Translations under genes and position numbers: made by a program
In this document: positions 7,673 through 17,000 of the stretch, one piece after another
Layout: the number at the start of each line of letters is the position of its first letter
Position numbering within the stretch: position 1 is the stretch's first letter
Notes under the pieces: model-generated
Seen by the model: only the letters and a program-made list of their open reading frames with translations
Told to the model about the DNA's origin: nothing
The model's database searches: none
Source: Bdellovibrio sp.
GTDB lineage: Bacteria > Bdellovibrionota > Bdellovibrionia > Bdellovibrionales > Bdellovibrionaceae
NCBI GenBank assembly: GCA_046318155.1
Contig: JBKCUU010000062.1
Coordinates: 1-34,594, forward strand
Direction of reading: 5' to 3'
Length of the DNA stretch: 34,594 bases

Positions 7673-9043
7673 ATGAAACCGATGGCGCTTGGGGTCCTCA
7701 TAGGACTTGGCTTGATTATTGTTCAACTTGGCAATGGCTGCGCGCCGTCTTTTAAAACATTTGAAGATCCCTCGGGACGCGCGAACATTTCTTCTTGCTC
7801 ATCCGACGAGAGTTCTTTGAGTTCTTTAGATCAGCAATCGGCCCGCGTGGGTTACTTGGATCAGCGCCAGGTCAGCTACCATGATTTGGGTGATGGTTGG
7901 ATTCAGATTGAAGGCGACATGCTTTATTCGGTGAAAGGTGGTCGTTTGCCAAACCGTCCGCTCCCTGCCACGGTCGCTCAAGGGGTTGGAGTTGGGGCTT
8001 CGGACCGGTGGCCCAACGGACGCATTCCTTATGTGATCAATCCGAGTTTAACCAACCAAGCGCGCGTCAGCGATGCCGTCGCTCACTGGAATTACAAATT
8101 GACCGGTGTGATCACGCTTGTGCCTCGAACCAATGAATCCGACTATGTTGAATTTAAACCGTCGACTTCAGGCTGCGCGGCTCCCGTTGGGTATTTCGCT
8201 GGCCAAGGAATTCACGGCGTGCACGTCGCTGACGCGTGTGGCTCGGGGAACGTGGCCCACGAGATTGGTCACGTCGTTGGGCTTGATCACGAACAAAATC
8301 GACATGATCGCAACACCTACGTGCAAATTCTAAATGCAAAAGTGATCCCGGAGTACAGACCCAATTTCAACATTTCGAGTTGGAGTCAGGACTACATCGG
8401 TTACGATTTTGGCTCGATCATGCACTACGGTTTGAGTGCCTTTTCAATTGATGGGTCGAACACCATCGTGCCAAAAGTTTCGGTTCCCTCGAATGTGACC
8501 ATCGGTCAGCGCAGCGCGCTTTCAGTTTCAGATGTCAATACTGTGCGTGCGATTTATGGTGCCTCACCCGTCACGCCAACGCCAGGCACAGGCACGGGAC
8601 TCTTTGGCCGTTATTATAACGGGATCGATTTTGCCAATGTCGTGCGTGAAATTGAAGACCCCACGATCAATTTTAGTTGGCCCGAGAGCCCGATCGCGGG
8701 TGTGAACGCTGACAACTTTTCGGTTCGCTGGGATGGTTGGCTCAGGCCAACCTCGAGCGGTGCTTACAATTTGGTCGTTGACGGACAAGACGGCTACCGC
8801 GTGCGCGTGAATGGCGCCACGGTCATTAGCAACCTCAATTCGGTCGGGTACTCACAGCTAATATCGGGAGCTCTCACGCTGACGGCGAATCAGTCCTATC
8901 CCATCATTGTTGAATTCGTCGGCAAGACGGGGCTGGCCTCGATGAAGCTCAGCTGGCGCCGTGATGGTGGATCCCAGGCCGTGATCCCTGCCGATCAAAT
9001 GGTTCCGAATCTGACGCCTTTTTTGTCAAGCAACTGCAATTAA
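7673..9043 (+). CDS. Astacin-family (M12A) zinc metalloprotease with C-terminal PA14 domain, probable lipoprotein
   Basis: HEIGHVVGLDHEQNRHDR zinc motif, SIMHY Met-turn, WPNGRIPY, pro-region EGD; PA14-type GLFGRYYNG...DNFSVRWDG; GNGC lipobox-like; ATG 7673 after AAGAGG. Confidence 0.92.
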   Translation: MKPMALGVLIGLGLIIVQLGNGCAPSFKTFEDPSGRANISSCSSDESSLSSLDQQSARVGYLDQRQVSYHDLGDGWIQIEGDMLYSVKGGRLPNRPLPATVAQGVGVGASDRWPNGRIPYVINPSLTNQARVSDAVAHWNYKLTGVITLVPRTNESDYVEFKPSTSGCAAPVGYFAGQGIHGVHVADACGSGNVAHEIGHVVGLDHEQNRHDRNTYVQILNAKVIPEYRPNFNISSWSQDYIGYDFGSIMHYGLSAFSIDGSNTIVPKVSVPSNVTIGQRSALSVSDVNTVRAIYGASPVTPTPGTGTGLFGRYYNGIDFANVVREIEDPTINFSWPESPIAGVNADNFSVRWDGWLRPTSSGAYNLVVDGQDGYRVRVNGATVISNLNSVGYSQLISGALTLTANQSYPIIVEFVGKTGLASMKLSWRRDGGSQAVIPADQMVPNLTPFLSSNCN

Positions 9044-9169
9044 TCGGCACTCAAAGCACCTTTTTTCTTGGTGAATTCTCAAAAAAGCCCTCTCCAAAAG
9101 TCCAGCCCAGCCGATAAGTCTCTGACCGGGTGGGGAACAAGCTCCACTTGATGAATGCAAGGAGAGGTC

Positions 9170-9550
9170 ATGCAGTTTCAGTACACCTTCCGTCACGTGG
9201 ATGCATCGGAAGCGCTCAAAGAGTACACGCAAGAGCAATTTGAAAAAGTGGGAAGGTTTCTTCTTAAAGAGAGCCGTTGGCAGATTTTTTATTCGATGAA
9301 CCGACACGAATGTCAGGTGGAAGTCGTCGTGAATGGCCCATGGGGTCACTTCAAGTCGACATCAACCTCGGACGACTTTTACGTCGCGGTCGACATTGCT
9401 GCCGAAAAACTAGGCAAGCAGTTTCAGAAGACCAAAGAGAAGCATCAACACCATAAAAAACCCGGCCGTTCGCGGGAAGGTCGTATGGACCGTCTGAGCC
9501 CTTCTCTCGATTATGACAACGCTCCCTATTTTAGCAAAAAAACTGGCTAG
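9170..9550 (+). CDS. hpf: Ribosome hibernation promoting factor / RaiA (S30AE family)
   Basis: FRHVDASEALKEY...DDFYVAVD..AEKL..Q..K.KEK pattern; GGAGAGG RBS before ATG 9170. Confidence 0.85.
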   Translation: MQFQYTFRHVDASEALKEYTQEQFEKVGRFLLKESRWQIFYSMNRHECQVEVVVNGPWGHFKSTSTSDDFYVAVDIAAEKLGKQFQKTKEKHQHHKKPGRSREGRMDRLSPSLDYDNAPYFSKKTG

Positions 9551-9592
9551 TCGCCTCGGTCTACACCCAGAGCCGCCGTCCGGTCTGGGACC

Positions 9593-9621
9593 TTGCCAAG
9601 CCGAAACCGCTTTGTTAGGGT
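9593..9621 (+). promoter_or_regulatory. Putative sigma70 promoter for metK
   Basis: TTGCCA (9593)-17 nt-TAGGGT (9616), with extended -10 TG. Confidence 0.5.
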
Positions 9622-9685
9622 GCCCTCGTCAACCAAGTACAAGAACTGCCAGTTCGCTGGCAGCTAACTGACTGAGGGCATCATC

Positions 9686-10846
9686 ATGTCACGTAATTTC
9701 CTGTTTACGAGTGAATCCGTTTCTGAAGGCCATCCCGATAAAATGGCCGATCAAATCTCAGACGCCATTTTAGACTCGATTCTGACGCAAGATCCGCGCG
9801 GCCGCGTGGCCTGTGAAACTTTGTTGACCACGGGCCTGATCGTGGTTGCAGGTGAAATCTCAACCACCGCAAAAATTAACATGAACGAAATTGCGCGCCA
9901 GACGGTACGCAAAATTGGTTACGACCAAAGCGACAAAGGTTTTGATTACAAAACTTGCGGCGTGACAATCGCGGTTGGCCAACAAAGCCCGGACATCGCG
10001 ATGGGTGTTAAAGAAACACTCGCAGAAGATCAAGGGGCGGGCGATCAAGGTCTGATGTTTGGTTACGCCAACAACGAAACGCCTGAGTTTATGCCTTTGT
10101 CAATTTCACTTTCGCACAAGCTTATGCACGGGTTGTCTCAGCTTCGCCATAACAACAAAGTCAACTGGCTGCGTCCGGATAGCAAAAGTCAGGTCACGGT
10201 TGAGTATGCCGAGGGCAAAGTAAAACGCGTTGATTCGGTTGTCATCTCGACTCAGCACGCAGAAAACGTCACGCAAAAACAAATCCACGAATTCGTAATG
10301 GAAGAGCTGATCAAAAAGCAAATCCCTCAAGAATGGCTGGATGCAAAGACCAAATACTTCATCAACCCCACGGGCCGTTTTGTTGTTGGTGGACCCATGG
10401 GCGATGCGGGTCTCACGGGTCGCAAAATTATCGTCGATACTTACGGTGGTCACGGCGCTCACGGCGGCGGCGCATTTTCGGGTAAAGATCCCTCTAAGGT
10501 CGATCGTTCGGCCGCCTATGCGGCTCGTCATGTGGCCAAAAATATCGTCGCCGCAGGTCTTGCTGAAAAATGCTTGGTGCAAGTGGCTTACGCGATCGGT
10601 GTTGCGGATCCAGTCAGCATCAACGTCAATGACTACGGGACCTCGAAATACGGCCCCGAAGTTCTTGAAAAAGCGGTTCGCGAGTTGTGGAACTTGAAAC
10701 CCGGCCGAATCCTGAAAGATCTGGATTTGCTCAAACCCATTTATTCGAAAACGGCGTCTTACGGTCATTTTGGCCGCGATGAGTTTTCGTGGGAAAAGAC
10801 AAACAAAGTCGAGGCTCTTAAAGACGTGACGAAAACTCTGGCCTGA
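9686..10846 (+). CDS. metK: S-adenosylmethionine synthetase
   Basis: [19 protein letters not shown] and [16 protein letters not shown] signatures. Confidence 0.99.
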   Translation: MSRNFLFTSESVSEGHPDKMADQISDAILDSILTQDPRGRVACETLLTTGLIVVAGEISTTAKINMNEIARQTVRKIGYDQSDKGFDYKTCGVTIAVGQQSPDIAMGVKETLAEDQGAGDQGLMFGYANNETPEFMPLSISLSHKLMHGLSQLRHNNKVNWLRPDSKSQVTVEYAEGKVKRVDSVVISTQHAENVTQKQIHEFVMEELIKKQIPQEWLDAKTKYFINPTGRFVVGGPMGDAGLTGRKIIVDTYGGHGAHGGGAFSGKDPSKVDRSAAYAARHVAKNIVAAGLAEKCLVQVAYAIGVADPVSINVNDYGTSKYGPEVLEKAVRELWNLKPGRILKDLDLLKPIYSKTASYGHFGRDEFSWEKTNKVEALKDVTKTLA

Positions 10847-10870
10847 TTTCTTTGAATTTTTAAGGGGCAC

Positions 10871-12670
10871 ATGGATCAGAACCTGATTCGAAATTTTTCG
10901 ATCATTGCGCACATCGACCATGGAAAGTCGACCTTGGCCGATGCTCTTTTGGCCGAGACCGGCTCTTTGCAAAAGCGGGAAGAGAAGGATCAGTTTCTCG
11001 ACAATATGGATCTCGAGCGGGAGCGCGGGATTACAATCAAAGCGCAAACCGTCAACTTGCAGTACAAAGCAGATGACGGCAAAACCTATCTGATCAACTT
11101 GATCGACACCCCCGGGCACGTGGATTTTAGCTATGAAGTGTCGCGTTCTCTGGCGGCCTGCGAAGGCGCGGTCTTGGTGGTCGATGCCGGTCAGGGTGTC
11201 GAGGCACAAACGCTTGCCAACGTTTACTTGGCGATCGAAATCAATCTCGAAATTATCCCGGTCTTGAACAAGATCGATTTGCCTCAGGCTGATCCTGAAG
11301 GCGTGATCAAACAGATTGAGGACTCGATTGGTCTTGATTGCAAAGATGCGATCCGCGCGTCGGCAAAAGAAAAGATCGGCATTCGCGAGATCCTTGAAGC
11401 TGTTGTGAAACGTGTTCCGCCGCCCACGGGTGACCGGGAGACCACGCTGCGCGGATTGATTTTTGATTCGTGGTTTGACTCTTACCAAGGCGTTGTTGTC
11501 TTGGTTCGTATTAAAGAGGGCCGCCTCAAAAAAGGCGACCGCATTAAATTTATGGCGACCGATCGTGATTATGAAATTTTGCGAATTGGTAAGAATACGC
11601 CGTTTCCGCAGTGGATCGAAAGTATGGAAGCCGGCGAAGTGGGCTTGATCGTCTGCGGAATTAAAGACATCCGCGACGTCAAAGTTGGTGATACGGTGAC
11701 GGATGCCAAGAAACCCGCGCCCGAGCCGCTCTCTGGATTTCAACGTGTTAAACCCATGGTTTTTGCCGGCTTGTTTCCGGTCGATGCCACCGATTTCGAA
11801 AACTTGAAAGTCGCTCTTGATAAACTTGCGCTGAATGACTCCTCACTCGTGTTTGAGACCGAGAAATCGATGGCCTTGGGCTTTGGTTGCCGGGTTGGCT
11901 TTTTGGGTCTTTTACACATGGAAATCGTGCAAGAGCGTCTTGAGCGGGAATTTAATCTGAATCTGATTACGACTGCGCCAACGGTGGTTTATAAAGTCTA
12001 TTTGCATGATGGCACAGTGAAGAACCTCGAAAATCCATCCCAGTTACCTCACGAGACTAAAATTGCGCGCCTTGAAGAGCCGCATGTGAAAGTCACTTTG
12101 CATACGCCCACCGAGTATATCGGTGCGATTTTAAAGTTGTGCGAAGACAAGCGCGGCGTTCAGCTGAAAATGGACTACATCACCGAAAAGAAAGTGATGA
12201 TTGAATACAAAATTCCGATGAATGAAATCGTGATGGATTTTTATGACCGTCTGAAGTCGATCACCAAAGGTTATGCCTCGATGGAGTACGAAGTCGTCGG
12301 CTTTGAAGAGGCTGATTTAGTCAAAATGGACGTTTTGATCAACGGTGAGCCCGTAGATGCCTTGTCACTCATTCTACACCGATCAAAAGCGGTCCTAAAA
12401 GGACGCTCACTGGTTGAGAAGATGAAGGAGCTCATCCCTCGCCAGCAATACCAGGTCGCCATTCAGGCTACGATTGGTGCAAAGATCATCGCGCGTGAAA
12501 CGCTCTCGGCAATTCGCAAAGATGTGACGGCCAAGTGTTATGGCGGCGATATCTCGCGAAAACGAAAGCTCCTCGAAAAGCAAAAAGAGGGCAAGAAGCG
12601 CATGAAGCAGATCGGGACGGTTGAGCTTCCGCAAGAGGCCTTCCTCGCCATCCTCAAGGTCGAAGACTAG
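10871..12670 (+). CDS. lepA: Elongation factor 4 (GTPase LepA)
   Basis: [28 protein letters not shown]-terminal [25 protein letters not shown]; 599 aa. Confidence 0.99.
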   Translation: MDQNLIRNFSIIAHIDHGKSTLADALLAETGSLQKREEKDQFLDNMDLERERGITIKAQTVNLQYKADDGKTYLINLIDTPGHVDFSYEVSRSLAACEGAVLVVDAGQGVEAQTLANVYLAIEINLEIIPVLNKIDLPQADPEGVIKQIEDSIGLDCKDAIRASAKEKIGIREILEAVVKRVPPPTGDRETTLRGLIFDSWFDSYQGVVVLVRIKEGRLKKGDRIKFMATDRDYEILRIGKNTPFPQWIESMEAGEVGLIVCGIKDIRDVKVGDTVTDAKKPAPEPLSGFQRVKPMVFAGLFPVDATDFENLKVALDKLALNDSSLVFETEKSMALGFGCRVGFLGLLHMEIVQERLEREFNLNLITTAPTVVYKVYLHDGTVKNLENPSQLPHETKIARLEEPHVKVTLHTPTEYIGAILKLCEDKRGVQLKMDYITEKKVMIEYKIPMNEIVMDFYDRLKSITKGYASMEYEVVGFEEADLVKMDVLINGEPVDALSLILHRSKAVLKGRSLVEKMKELIPRQQYQVAIQATIGAKIIARETLSAIRKDVTAKCYGGDISRKRKLLEKQKEGKKRMKQIGTVELPQEAFLAILKVED

Positions 12671-12705
12671 GCAAAGCCTCCGCCCTGCCTGGGAGGATCA
12701 ATTCC

Positions 12706-12777
12706 TTGGGCGCCTTGCGTAAAGACGTGACCATCAATCCGTCAGGGGGAGATATTTCTTCTACAAGAAAGAGGCTC
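12706..12777 (+). repeat. Degenerate copy of the lepA 3' segment (12503-12574) in the lepA-lepB gap
   Basis: Translates LGALRKDVTINPSGGDISSTRKRL versus Lep[25 protein letters not shown]; 15/24 aa identical without gaps. Confidence 0.75.
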
Positions 12778-12779
12778 CC

Positions 12780-13568
12780 ATGTTTGGCAAAAAAAAGACT
12801 CCCCGTGAAGTGCCCGCTAACAAATGGGATTGGCGCACGAAATACTTTTGGAGCGAGGGTTGGGGCTCGCTTGGCCTCGCTGTTTTTGTCGCTTTGTTCA
12901 TCCGCTGGGGCTTTTTTGAAGCTTACGTCATTCCCTCAGGGTCGATGCTTCCCAGCCTTTTGATTCATGACCATATCTTCGTTAATAAGTTCGTTTTTGG
13001 TCTTCGTGTTCCCTTTAGCGAAAAATGGCTCGTCAAGTTTTCTGAGCCGCAAAAAGGCGACGTCATCGTTTTCAAATACCCTCGGGACATGAGCACTTTT
13101 ATTATCAAGCGCGTCGTCGGTGAAGCCGGCGACAAAATCTATTACGAAAACGGAACTCTTTTCATCAATGATCAGCCCATGGAGAAAAAGGTTCCGATTT
13201 CAAATATTGATTTTCAGTGGTTGCGCGACGAAGACTTTCAGCGCGATGGCAACACGATGGACAATAAAGAAAACTATGTGCATTTCACTGAAGTCTTGAA
13301 CACGCACGAACACAGCGTCCTTTTGCGCCGCGGGGATGTTTATGACACCTTTGGGCCCGTCACGGTTCCGCCCGAACATTTGTTTGTGATGGGTGACAAC
13401 CGCAACAATTCTTCGGATTCTCGAGTTTGGGGATTTTTGCCAAAAGAAAACATGCTCGGCAGAGCCAGTTTTGTTTGGCTCTCATGCGAAGAGACGTTGC
13501 CGGTTGTTAATTTCTTGTGCAATCCCGTCACCATCCGTTGGAGCCGCTTCTTTCACGGCGTGAACTAA
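12780..13568 (+). CDS. lepB: Signal peptidase I (copy 1)
   Basis: IPSGSMLPSL (catalytic Ser), IIKRVVG (catalytic Lys), GDNRNNSSDSR. Confidence 0.97.
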   Translation: MFGKKKTPREVPANKWDWRTKYFWSEGWGSLGLAVFVALFIRWGFFEAYVIPSGSMLPSLLIHDHIFVNKFVFGLRVPFSEKWLVKFSEPQKGDVIVFKYPRDMSTFIIKRVVGEAGDKIYYENGTLFINDQPMEKKVPISNIDFQWLRDEDFQRDGNTMDNKENYVHFTEVLNTHEHSVLLRRGDVYDTFGPVTVPPEHLFVMGDNRNNSSDSRVWGFLPKENMLGRASFVWLSCEETLPVVNFLCNPVTIRWSRFFHGVN

Positions 13569-13569
13569 G

Positions 13570-14268
13570 ATGAGCAGTCTGAAGCGGCGTGATCTCCGAG
13601 CCACCTGGACCCAGGCCTTGTTGACCCTGTTCGGGCCCTTGCTCTTGTTCTTTACCGTCCGCTGGATTTTGGCAGAGCCTTACGTCATTCCCTCAGGCTC
13701 GATGATCCCGACGTTAAACATTCATGACCATATTTTGGTGAACAAGCTTGCCTACGGTATTCATGTTCCCTTTTCAAAAGCATGGATTGTGCAGTGGTCA
13801 GCTCCCAGGCGGGGAGACATTGTCGTCTTTCGGTTGCCCTCAAATCCCGATGTCTTTTACGTCAAACGCGCCATTGGTCTTTCGGGAGACCGCATTCGTG
13901 TGGACGAGGGTGTCGTGAGTATCAACGGGCAACCGCTCCTACTTGCGCCCATTCAAGACCCTGCCGCGCCTGAGTTTCGCGATGACACCTTCTCTTATTT
14001 TTCTGAAGAAAACCACACCGTCCGTTATCGCTCGAAAGAGGACTCGTTTGCTGACGAAGTGACCGTCCCAGAAGGTGAATTTTTCGTGATGGGTGACAAT
14101 CGTGATCAATCCAGCGACTCGCGTTTTTGGGGGTTTGTTCCCCAAGAAAATTTGATTGGTCGGGCTTGGCTCATTTGGCTCGCTTGTGATTACACGCTGC
14201 CTTCGGCCCAATTTTTGTGCGACCCCAAGGCTCTCAGGTGGAATCGCGTCTTGCTAAGGCCCAAGTAA
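13570..14268 (+). CDS. lepB: Signal peptidase I (copy 2)
   Basis: IPSGSMIPTL, YVKRAIG, GDNRDQSSDSR. Confidence 0.97.
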   Translation: MSSLKRRDLRATWTQALLTLFGPLLLFFTVRWILAEPYVIPSGSMIPTLNIHDHILVNKLAYGIHVPFSKAWIVQWSAPRRGDIVVFRLPSNPDVFYVKRAIGLSGDRIRVDEGVVSINGQPLLLAPIQDPAAPEFRDDTFSYFSEENHTVRYRSKEDSFADEVTVPEGEFFVMGDNRDQSSDSRFWGFVPQENLIGRAWLIWLACDYTLPSAQFLCDPKALRWNRVLLRPK

Positions 14269-14277
14269 CGGGGTGAA

Positions 14278-14979
14278 ATGACCAGGATGTCAGAAACCCC
14301 TCGACCCTTACGGGATTCATTCGAAAACATTTTGATCGCGGTCTTTTTGGCCCTGTTGGTCCGGACTTATCTGGTGACAGGCTATAAAGTGCCGACGAGT
14401 TCGATGGCGCCAACACTTTTGCCGGGAGACTTTATTTTTGCATTTCGCCCACCCGCCGGCTTTAAAATTCCTCTAACCTCATTAAAGCTGGGAGTTCAGG
14501 TCCCAGAACGCGGTGAGCTGATGGTTTTTACCTTTCCTGATCAGCCTAGAACCAACTATGTCAAACGCGTGATCGGTCTTCCGGGCGATAAAGTGCAAAT
14601 GATCGAGGGGCGCTTGGTCATTAATGACGTGCCACTGAATTACGTTCGTTTACATCAATCCGCCGTGACCGATTTGCCCTCTTACGATCAATACGAAGTC
14701 TGGGAGGAGAGTTCGGGCGATCAGAGGCGCGAAATCATTCAGAAGCGAGATGAGCGGGGAAAGGATTTTGGTCCCTTGATCGTACCGCCGGATGAGGTTT
14801 TTGTGCTTGGTGACCACCGCGATGCCAGTGACGACTCGCGCTACTGGGGCACGGTTCCAACTCGGCGCCTTGAGGGGCGTGTACTTTTGATTTGGCTCTC
14901 CCTCGATTGGGAGAAAAAGTGGGGCGAGAATCGCTTCCCCAGTCTTCGCACCGATCGCCTATTGACCACGGTTCAGTAG
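14278..14979 (+). CDS. lepB: Signal peptidase I (copy 3)
   Basis: VPTSSMAPTL, YVKRVIG, GDHRDASDDSR. Confidence 0.96.
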   Translation: MTRMSETPRPLRDSFENILIAVFLALLVRTYLVTGYKVPTSSMAPTLLPGDFIFAFRPPAGFKIPLTSLKLGVQVPERGELMVFTFPDQPRTNYVKRVIGLPGDKVQMIEGRLVINDVPLNYVRLHQSAVTDLPSYDQYEVWEESSGDQRREIIQKRDERGKDFGPLIVPPDEVFVLGDHRDASDDSRYWGTVPTRRLEGRVLLIWLSLDWEKKWGENRFPSLRTDRLLTTVQ

Positions 14980-14983
14980 TGCA

Positions 14984-15013
14984 TTGACACCCATGTCCTC
15001 TTTTCGTTAGCGT
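14984..15013 (+). promoter_or_regulatory. Putative sigma70 promoter directly ahead of the pyrB start
   Basis: TTGACA (14984)-18 nt-TAGCGT (15008); ATG 8 nt further on; no SD. Confidence 0.5.
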
Positions 15014-15021
15014 GAATCCCA

Positions 15022-15924
15022 ATGCCAGCGCCAAAAGCAATCTTGGATTTGAAGTCACTTTCTCGAGAACAAATCCAAATTCTTTTTTCTCGGGCTCAGG
15101 CTCTTCATCAAAATCCAGAGCCTCGAACTTTTTCTGGGCAAACGGCAGCACTCCTTTTTTTTGAGGCGAGCACGCGCACCCGATTTAGTTTTGAAGCCGC
15201 TTGCCACCGAGCAGGTCTTGGGCCGCTGGTGCTGGACGGCGCGAGCGGCACTTCACTCGAAAAGGGTGAAACACTTGAGGACACGGTTTTCAACGTCGCA
15301 GCGATGAACCCCTCAGTGATGATTATCCGCTCGGGCGGAGACTTCCAGCTGGCGCAAATCGCTTCTCAGCTTTCGACGCCCATCATTAATGCGGGCTGGG
15401 GTTCTCACGGTCATCCGACTCAAGCTTTGCTTGATGCACTTACTTTGCGACAAGAGTTTAGCGAGATCGAACGAGTAAAAGTTTTGTTTGTTGGTGATAT
15501 CAAACACTCGCGCGTGGTGGCCTCGCACTTTGAACTCCTCGAAAAGCTGGGCGCCGAAATTGGCTTGTCGGGGCCAGAAGAATTTTTGGTTGACCGGCCA
15601 GGGACCAACTTATTTCGGCGGCTTGAAGATGGGCTAGAATGGTGCGACGCCGTGATGGCGCTTCGAGTGCAGTTCGAGCGGCACGAAGGCAAAGCTTCCA
15701 TTTCAAAAGAAGACTACCGCTTGCAGTACGGCCTGAGCCGACAAAAAATCACGCATCACTTGCGCCACAAAGGCGTGATCATGCACCCAGGCCCGATCAA
15801 TTATGGAATCGAAATGGATCAAGATGTTTTGAGCGACTCTCGCAATCGAATTCTCCACCAAGTCTCAAATGGTGTGGTTTTGCGTGAGGCTTTGATCCGC
15901 AGCCTCTTGGAGGGCCGTCTGTGA
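15022..15924 (+). CDS. pyrB: Aspartate carbamoyltransferase catalytic subunit
   Basis: FFEASTRTRFSFE, KGETLEDT, HPTQALLD, GDIKHSRV, LRVQFER, MHPGP. Confidence 0.97.
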   Translation: MPAPKAILDLKSLSREQIQILFSRAQALHQNPEPRTFSGQTAALLFFEASTRTRFSFEAACHRAGLGPLVLDGASGTSLEKGETLEDTVFNVAAMNPSVMIIRSGGDFQLAQIASQLSTPIINAGWGSHGHPTQALLDALTLRQEFSEIERVKVLFVGDIKHSRVVASHFELLEKLGAEIGLSGPEEFLVDRPGTNLFRRLEDGLEWCDAVMALRVQFERHEGKASISKEDYRLQYGLSRQKITHHLRHKGVIMHPGPINYGIEMDQDVLSDSRNRILHQVSNGVVLREALIRSLLEGRL

Positions 15925-17000
15925 ACGCATTTTTAGTCTTAGAGACGGGCGAAGCCTATAGCGGACTTTGGCTGGGCGGACAGAACCGTGCCGGCGAAGT
16001 GGTGTTTAACACCTCTCACTCGGGGTACGAAGAGATCGCGACCGACCCCTCTTACTTGGGCCAAATTGTAGTGATGACTTCACCCATGATGGGGAACTAC
16101 GGCGTCGACAAGCAGGTCTGGGAGTCTCGCCAGTTTTGGATAGAAGGTTTTATCGCTCTGCAAATCCAGCAGAGCGGCCGCGATCAAGCTTGGCTGGGGC
16201 GGCTGCATGAGTTTGGCATTCCGGTCGTTTCCGAGATCGATACTCGCAATCTTGTTTTGCGCCTGCGCAGTGGCGGCACGCCCTGGGGCGCGCTCGTTCA
16301 AGCCTCAAGCGCCGATGAAGCAAAAACACTTGCAGCGCCTCTGATTACAGCCAAAAAAACGGGCGATAAAGACTGGGTCTGGGCCGCTTCTCGCCGAGAT
16401 GTTCAGGTCCGGCCCGGTCAAGCAGCACAAGGTCCGCGGATTGCGGTTCTTGATTTTGGCGCCAAAGAAAACATCTACCGAGAGCTTTTAAGCCGGGCCC
16501 GCGAGCTCCAAGTGTTTCCGTCGCGCTCGGCGGTCTCCGAGATTATGGCCACAAAACCTGATGCGCTGATGCTGACGAACGGCCCCGGTGACCCCTCAGA
16601 TGTACAGGTTGCGACAGGCACCGTTAAAGAGTTGATCGGGCAATTGCCTATTTTTGGGATCTGTATGGGCCATCAAGTTTTGGGTCTCGCCCTCGGCGCT
16701 AAGACCTACAAGCTCAAGTTTGGGCATCGTGGAAGTAATCATCCTATTCGAGATGAGCTGCTCGGGCAAATCTACATGACCTCACAAAATCACGGCTACG
16801 CGGTCGACGCCAGGACGTTACCCGCTGACGTGAAAGTCACCCAGATCAATCTCAATGATCAAACCTGTGCCGGTATTTATTCTGAAAAACGAAACTGCCT
16901 TGGGATTCAATACCATCCCGAAAGTCATCCAGGTCCACACGAAGCAACGGGCCTCTTTGATTTTTTCGTTGATAAGATGATCGGAGCATTAAAGCGATGA
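15921..17000 (+). CDS. carA: Carbamoyl-phosphate synthase small (glutaminase) subunit
   Basis: GEVVFNT, TDPSY, NGPGDP, GICMGHQ, GHRGSNHP, QYHPE. Confidence 0.98.
   Translation: MNAFLVLETGEAYSGLWLGGQNRAGEVVFNTSHSGYEEIATDPSYLGQIVVMTSPMMGNYGVDKQVWESRQFWIEGFIALQIQQSGRDQAWLGRLHEFGIPVVSEIDTRNLVLRLRSGGTPWGALVQASSADEAKTLAAPLITAKKTGDKDWVWAASRRDVQVRPGQAAQGPRIAVLDFGAKENIYRELLSRARELQVFPSRSAVSEIMATKPDALMLTNGPGDPSDVQVATGTVKELIGQLPIFGICMGHQVLGLALGAKTYKLKFGHRGSNHPIRDELLGQIYMTSQNHGYAVDARTLPADVKVTQINLNDQTCAGIYSEKRNCLGIQYHPESHPGPHEATGLFDFFVDKMIGALKR

Noticed and set aside
9566..9589. CCCAGA...TCTGGG hairpin after hpf as a terminator
   Set aside because: No U-tract follows, so it cannot be called an intrinsic terminator.
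10106..11743. 545-aa antisense ORF
   Set aside because: Lies opposite metK and lepA; a typical shadow ORF of conserved genes with no recognisable motifs.
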